This document shows positions 31,413-36,469 of a DNA stretch of 36,469 nt, piece after piece. Source of the DNA: Stramenopiles sp. TOSAG23-2 (Eukaryota); NCBI GenBank assembly GCA_900128395.1, contig LT649337.1, positions 1 to 36,469 of the forward strand. The letters run 5' to 3'. Position 1 is the first letter of the stretch. Each line of letters begins with the position of its first letter. The notes below the pieces were generated by a model, which saw only the letters and a program-made list of their open reading frames with translations, was not told the origin of the DNA and searched no databases. Position numbers and translations under genes: made by a program.

Positions 31413-34298
31413 TTAAAACCACTCTACTTTTATTAAAAAGTACCAACCTGCTAATTGAGAATTTTCATCTAATACATATTGTAAAAGTGTTGGTATGCGT
31501 AAATATCTTATGCCTGTTGCTATTGAAAATGCAACAAAATACGGAGCGATGTAATATGGCCACAGCTGGAAAATGGTATAAGCATTACAACTACTGATTG
31601 ATAATGCTGTTGCTGTTGATAAAAGGAGTCCAAAAATAAGTAAATATGGAAACCACATTAACGAAACCGGTCCTTTCCTAACTGATAATAAAACTGGTAA
31701 ATTCTGTCCAAACATACGTTGACACATTGGAGCGAACATCGTTGTAACAAGTGGCATATCGACAACCTCATTGTTTCCATAATGTTTTACAACCCATGGA
31801 CGAATGGTAAGATGGCACAAATACAACACTATGGTAAAAAATGTATGATATTCCAATCGATATTTTGCATATTTCTCAATACTCCAATTACGATGTATAT
31901 ATTCTTCCATGCCGAGTATGAAGAAAATGGATATAAAATGACTCATCGAAAATATCATAGCATATCCTTCACAATAATAATAGATCATTTCTGTAATCGT
32001 TAAAAAGATCGTCAATTTAGACGACATTCTATCTCGTTTATATGGTTCAGTAAAGTGACTTAGCAATAAAAAGTAACAACTTAGCGGAACCAATAATAAC
32101 GTTATGGTTTCCAATTTATTTGCAAGTGGAATCGGATCTCTAACCCTCGTAAAATAATCACCCGGTCCATATACTAATGGTGATCCTGACTTATCTATAG
32201 ATAAGTATGACATTTTTTCGCTACATGTTGCTTTACTCGTAAATAATGAACAGGCACGGGTTGACAAATCAAAAAAGCCAATCTTTTCTACAATTGAGAA
32301 AGAACCTTGTAAATGTGGGTCCGTTTTGAACGTCATTCCTCTGCTTGAATTCGGGCAACACAAAAAAACCAATAAGAGTGAAATTGCCAACATAAATTCA
32401 CGACTAAATTGATTACTAAATTGGAAGAGTGGCATTATTTTTTTTGACAACATTTTTTTCAGTTGCGATGTAGGTTTACCAAGTTCAATATCAGCATTGA
32501 AGACGTCCAACTTCTCCCTAAGTTTTCGTCTCTTATTAGAATTTGATCCAGAAAATTGATATTTTTCAAATTTACGATCATTGTTGTTGTCGTTATTACT
32601 ATCCTTATCGTTGTTGTCATTATTATTATTATTATTATTATTATTGTTATTGCCATTATTGTTGTTGTTATTATTGCTCTTATCGCCATTATTATTATCC
32701 CCATTTGATGCTTTTAGGTTTTTATTTGAAGAATGTGCCGATGGTCTTCTGATTTCAAAATCAACATTATTCGATTCCCCGACTTGTGAATGATACAAAT
32801 CTTTTGCAACCAATTTAAATTTATATTTACTAATTGCAAAATCTTTTAAATTAATAGCAAAATAAGCTGATGTGCCATGCCGTTCTCTTCCGTGCAACGT
32901 ATCAATTTGTTTTTCTTCCAATACACTTCCGCTTTCTGAATCAACTTTTCCTAAAATACCATGTGATATTACATCACTATCCCACATACCGTTTACGGTA
33001 ATTAAACTGTAACAATTAACGTCATGCCTTTCGTTTGAATATTTTTCGATTGAACTTGGTACAAGTTGGTCAATATGCATATCTGACATGCCGTCAAATT
33101 CCTCATCAAAGGGATTAAAATTAGCATAGTCAAGGCTATCAGCATCGCTTGAAACATATGCAGAGCTGGAATCATTTTCATCCTCTTCAGTAGAATTAGA
33201 TTGAGAAGATACACCAGAAAATGTTAGTGCATTGATATTTGCATGAAGTAAAGATTTAACACTGAATGAAACTTCAAGTGTATTGCTTTGCCATTCGTGT
33301 ACCGTGTAACCATTGCGCTGTTCTTCATTTTTATTTTGATGCAAACCATTAACACTTAAGACAGCCTTGATCATATCGACCATAACATCTATTCCTTCAT
33401 TTTCATGATCATCTTTTTTTTGGGGGCTACTACTGCCGCTGCACATTTCATTTCTTCGATCTTCTACTCGTTGTTGTTGTCTGCTGCCATTCCTGGTAAA
33501 AACATTGATACCGGTAACCTGTTGCTGCCGTTGTTTGTATTTATTATCTCCGCTGCTGGTATTTCTTAACGGCGATGCTGCATTTAAAAGATGTTTACCA
33601 AGGACAGAAGAAGATTTGGATGGTTTATTAGATGTCGATGATGGCTTCTTCTTTCCTACTAACGCTTCTTTTTTCATTTTAATTATTTTATTGTTTGTTT
33701 TCTTTTTATTAGCAGCAGCCTTCTTCTTCTTTGTTGTACTTGGTGCACTTTTACTTCTATTTCGTTTTTTTTTCTTTTTCATTTTTTGTTTCCAATTTCT
33801 TAGCCATCCAGATAAAAAACTGACAACTTGAATACGGTCTAGCGTAGTTGTAAATGGCAAATATCGATTTGCATGAATATCATTGTATCTTTTCAACAAG
33901 TTCTCGTCCAAAAACATATTGCCTTTTGAATCAATTTGTGCGCTTTTTCTAAATACAGAGGCAACTTTGTCCGCATCCTCGGGACTGCAATATGCAGAGC
34001 CAATACGAAGCGGACAGCCATTATAACGTATCTTCACTCCAAATCTACTAACTATACTATTACCACGTGTTCTAATTACATTAGGCGGTAAGGAACCCTT
34101 TGTATTTTCCGTAACTGCTGCATATGACAGGGGTTTATCCGTTTGTTTCGTTTCTTTCTCTATTGGTTGTACCATGTTAAATTTACTTTCTTCCACCTCC
34201 AGTGTATTCACTTGTTTTTGCCCTTCTTTTGCCCCTTTAATTTTTTGATGTAAAGATTTATTGACAATAATAGGCTCACTTTTTCCACCCGACAACAT
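31413..34298 (-). CDS. Putative membrane-tethered transcription factor: AP2-like domain, basic NLS tracts, low-complexity linker and C-terminal multi-pass membrane domain (961 aa)
   Basis: Uninterrupted ORF. LPPNV..RFGVKIRYNG..LRIGSAYCSPEDADKVA resembles an AP2 three-strand/helix fold. KKKKKRNR tracts, a poly-Asn tract and about 7-8 hydrophobic segments in the last ~330 aa. Confidence 0.65.
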   Translation of the reverse strand: MLSGGKSEPIIVNKSLHQKIKGAKEGQKQVNTLEVEESKFNMVQPIEKETKQTDKPLSYAAVTENTKGSLPPNVIRTRGNSIVSRFGVKIRYNGCPLRIGSAYCSPEDADKVASVFRKSAQIDSKGNMFLDENLLKRYNDIHANRYLPFTTTLDRIQVVSFLSGWLRNWKQKMKKKKKRNRSKSAPSTTKKKKAAANKKKTNNKIIKMKKEALVGKKKPSSTSNKPSKSSSVLGKHLLNAASPLRNTSSGDNKYKQRQQQVTGINVFTRNGSRQQQRVEDRRNEMCSGSSSPQKKDDHENEGIDVMVDMIKAVLSVNGLHQNKNEEQRNGYTVHEWQSNTLEVSFSVKSLLHANINALTFSGVSSQSNSTEEDENDSSSAYVSSDADSLDYANFNPFDEEFDGMSDMHIDQLVPSSIEKYSNERHDVNCYSLITVNGMWDSDVISHGILGKVDSESGSVLEEKQIDTLHGRERHGTSAYFAINLKDFAISKYKFKLVAKDLYHSQVGESNNVDFEIRRPSAHSSNKNLKASNGDNNNGDKSNNNNNNNGNNNNNNNNNNNDNNDKDSNNDNNNDRKFEKYQFSGSNSNKRRKLREKLDVFNADIELGKPTSQLKKMLSKKIMPLFQFSNQFSREFMLAISLLLVFLCCPNSSRGMTFKTDPHLQGSFSIVEKIGFFDLSTRACSLFTSKATCSEKMSYLSIDKSGSPLVYGPGDYFTRVRDPIPLANKLETITLLLVPLSCYFLLLSHFTEPYKRDRMSSKLTIFLTITEMIYYYCEGYAMIFSMSHFISIFFILGMEEYIHRNWSIEKYAKYRLEYHTFFTIVLYLCHLTIRPWVVKHYGNNEVVDMPLVTTMFAPMCQRMFGQNLPVLLSVRKGPVSLMWFPYLLIFGLLLSTATALSISSCNAYTIFQLWPYYIAPYFVAFSIATGIRYLRIPTLLQYVLDENSQLAGWYFLIKVEWF

Positions 34299-34538
34299 GT
34301 TGTACGTTATCGTTTTTGTTGGTACGTACGTAGATAATATTGTAAATTGTGTCTCTCTAACTTAATGTACAGCACTTAGAATTCCTGATTATGGTCGTCT
34401 GCTGCAACGCGGAGATGGGACGATTTTAGTGTAAGAACCGACCGAGGTACTTTGTACATATATCTTACAATGGGGAATGGGGAAAATACATATATATATT
34501 TATTATTTTCATATTTATTATAATATATTATTTATTAT

Positions 34539-34678
34539 GTACATACCATTGGCTACTGTCATTAATTTTATCTTAAATCTTAAACGCTGCAAACCGTCTA
34601 CTACGTCGTTTTGTATTCTAATTCCCCTTCCTATTATATTTATTTACTAGGTACATACCATTGGCTACTGTCATTAAT
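34539..34678. repeat. 28-nt perfect direct repeat (112-nt period) containing an inverted CCAAT box
   Basis: GTACATACCATTGGCTACTGTCATTAAT at 34539-34566 and 34651-34678. Confidence 0.85.
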
Positions 34679-35240
34679 ATTCTCAGTACATTTTCGAAAT
34701 TTGATGCATATAAAACATTAATACATTAGATATAGATATATAGTTTTTGGCTACAACACAAAAGTTTCGAAAATCTCCTGCATTTCAATTCTTGGTTCTT
34801 CACACGACTAAATAAAAAAATTGTGACTAAATTGAAGAATTTTGAAAACGTAACAATGTGCATTAACATGGCATTAGCACCACTTGTGACCCAATGGTGC
34901 ATCAGGAACGAAGGTAAACCGTCAGCACACCGAAAACCAAAATGTTTTTATTAAGTCTTTTTTTTTCCGCGATTTAGCACTATTTACTATTTAGCATTTT
35001 ACAATATATCAATATACCGTATATACATATATATATACAACAATACAAAATACAAAATACAATATACAGTAATAAACGCATATATAAATATATTATATCA
35101 AAAAACATATAAATATAAACACACAATATACATAACATACGAAATACAAATACAGCTGTAAACGCATATATATATATATATATATATATTATTTAAAATA
35201 TATATAAATATAAAACATAGCAATTAATTGTAATTAAATT

Positions 35241-36133
35241 ATGTCATCCGAAGTAGCATTACATAATTTTTTGCAATTGCAACAATTGCAGGAACAACAA
35301 CTACAGTCACAGCAACATTTACAGAGTGATACAAGTAAACGTATTAGTATAAATAACCAGGCATCGACAAACATTACATAATTTTTTGCAATTGCAACAA
35401 TTGCAGGAACAACAACTACAGTCACAGCAACATTTACAGAGTGATACAAGTAAACGTATTAGTATAAATAACCAGGCATCGACAAATAATATCGATGGCA
35501 ATATAAATAAGCATAATAGCAATAATAATAAAAACAGAAATTTATTCAGTGGTAGCCAAAAAACTAATGATCGACTGAAGAAAAAGAGGAACCGGGCTGA
35601 AAGACTTGTGCATAATATGGCGGAGAAGCGAAGACACCATAGAATCAATTATTATATAAAGCAATTGCGTCAAGTTATGCTTGATTTTACTAAATCAACA
35701 ATAATTCCAAAAGGAAAATCTAAAGTTATACAAAATTCAATTGATTTTATTCAAACATTGATCGAAGATAATTTAGTATTGCATCAACAATGCAATGAGT
35801 TGGAAGCAATAGTTCAGAAGAGTGGTGGGGCATTCATACGTTCATCATCTTTGCCATTGGAAGAAGCAGTAAAACAAATTGTTGAAGTAAATAGCATGAA
35901 GTTACACTGGGGACGTGAAGATGCAATGGCTGGCATCTTTGCCATTGGAAGAAGCAGTAAAACAAATTGTTGAAGTAAATAGCATGAAGTTACACTGGGG
36001 ACGTGAAGATGCAATGGCTGGTGCTAAACATGCGTTACAAAGAATAAATAATGAAAAATTGTTGCATGTGTTACAAAGAATAAATAATGAAAAAAATGTT
36101 AGTTCTATAATAAATCCACCAGCACACCTATAG
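35241..36133 (+). CDS. bHLH-leucine zipper transcription factor; broken as assembled by two out-of-frame tandem duplications (229 aa once they are collapsed)
   Basis: HNMAEKRRHHRINYYIKQLRQVM (basic/helix 1), KSKVIQNSIDFIQTL (helix 2), a Leu heptad and a Gln-rich N-terminus. Removing one copy each of the 115-nt and 88-nt repeats gives an open frame from ATG 35241 to TAG 36133. Confidence 0.85.
35257..35486. repeat. Exact tandem duplication, 115-nt unit, inside the bHLH CDS
   Basis: 35257-35371 equals 35372-35486. Confidence 0.93.
35846..36021. repeat. Exact tandem duplication, 88-nt unit, inside the bHLH CDS
   Basis: 35846-35933 equals 35934-36021. Confidence 0.93.
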
Positions 36134-36469
36134 TCCTTCGCCATAGGCACCACTTTTGTCTCCAGGAGGAGGACGGCAGGCACCGATAGGCACAACTACA
36201 TGGACACAGCATTAAAATGTATAAAAAATGGTGCTTACTTTACTGTTTTAGTATACTTTTTACATATTATCCTATTTAATTTAAATATCTCTCATGAAAT
36301 CGCAAAGCCACAACACAATCCAAATATTATTTTGCAACAACGAGAGCTCTGATGGGAGCTGTTTTTTTGAAAACAATCTGCCAACATGAAAAAACACGCG
36401 CACACTTGATGGTTAAGTACAAAAAATACCTAATTTGGCCTATCAAATATATCAAACACTACAAATCTA

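Noticed and set aside
35257-36021. The bHLH tandem duplications as newly created introns
   Set aside because: Neither unit contains AG|GT; the only option is AG|GCATCG, a very poor GC donor.
1-36469. Alternative genetic code or viral origin
   Set aside because: Conserved genes end at expected TAA/TGA/TAG positions without in-frame stops, and the content is cellular housekeeping with a canonical intron and no viral hallmark genes.

Overview
AT-rich, gene-dense, nearly intron-free eukaryotic DNA in the standard genetic code. The Asn/Gln homopolymers, Cys-rich surface repeats and single clear GT-AG intron suggest a protist, possibly a marine stramenopile, but that is inference. Recognisable genes: alanine aminotransferase (2 exons), RNA polymerase III subunit RPC11, a 3047-aa TOR kinase, a tail-anchored DnaJ protein, OST48/WBP1 and a bHLH-ZIP factor. 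Four proteins have unusual architectures: (i) an AP2-like DNA-binding domain and NLS fused to a His-containing multi-pass membrane domain, a candidate membrane-tethered sensor/transcription factor lying head-to-head with the bHLH gene; (ii) a ZZ-type Zn finger with about 9 TM helices and an extracellular ricin-B-like trefoil; (iii) a six-blade kelch propeller split by CUB-EGF and a ~600-aa Cys-rich insert; (iv) a secreted Cys-repeat protein. An inverted copy of bases 1-363 at 8371-8728 fuses the Cys-repeat gene in frame to the aminotransferase tail. Several 88-270 nt tandem duplications, two of which frameshift the bHLH gene, point to amplification or assembly artefacts. Non-coding signals: a TACGAAGCGT(A) mini-hairpin in all three convergent gene gaps, a recurring perfect TAGAGAGGATCCTCTCTA palindrome, a 33-bp-arm inverted repeat upstream of TOR and a possible mini-Helitron. 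All domain calls are by eye; no database search was run.
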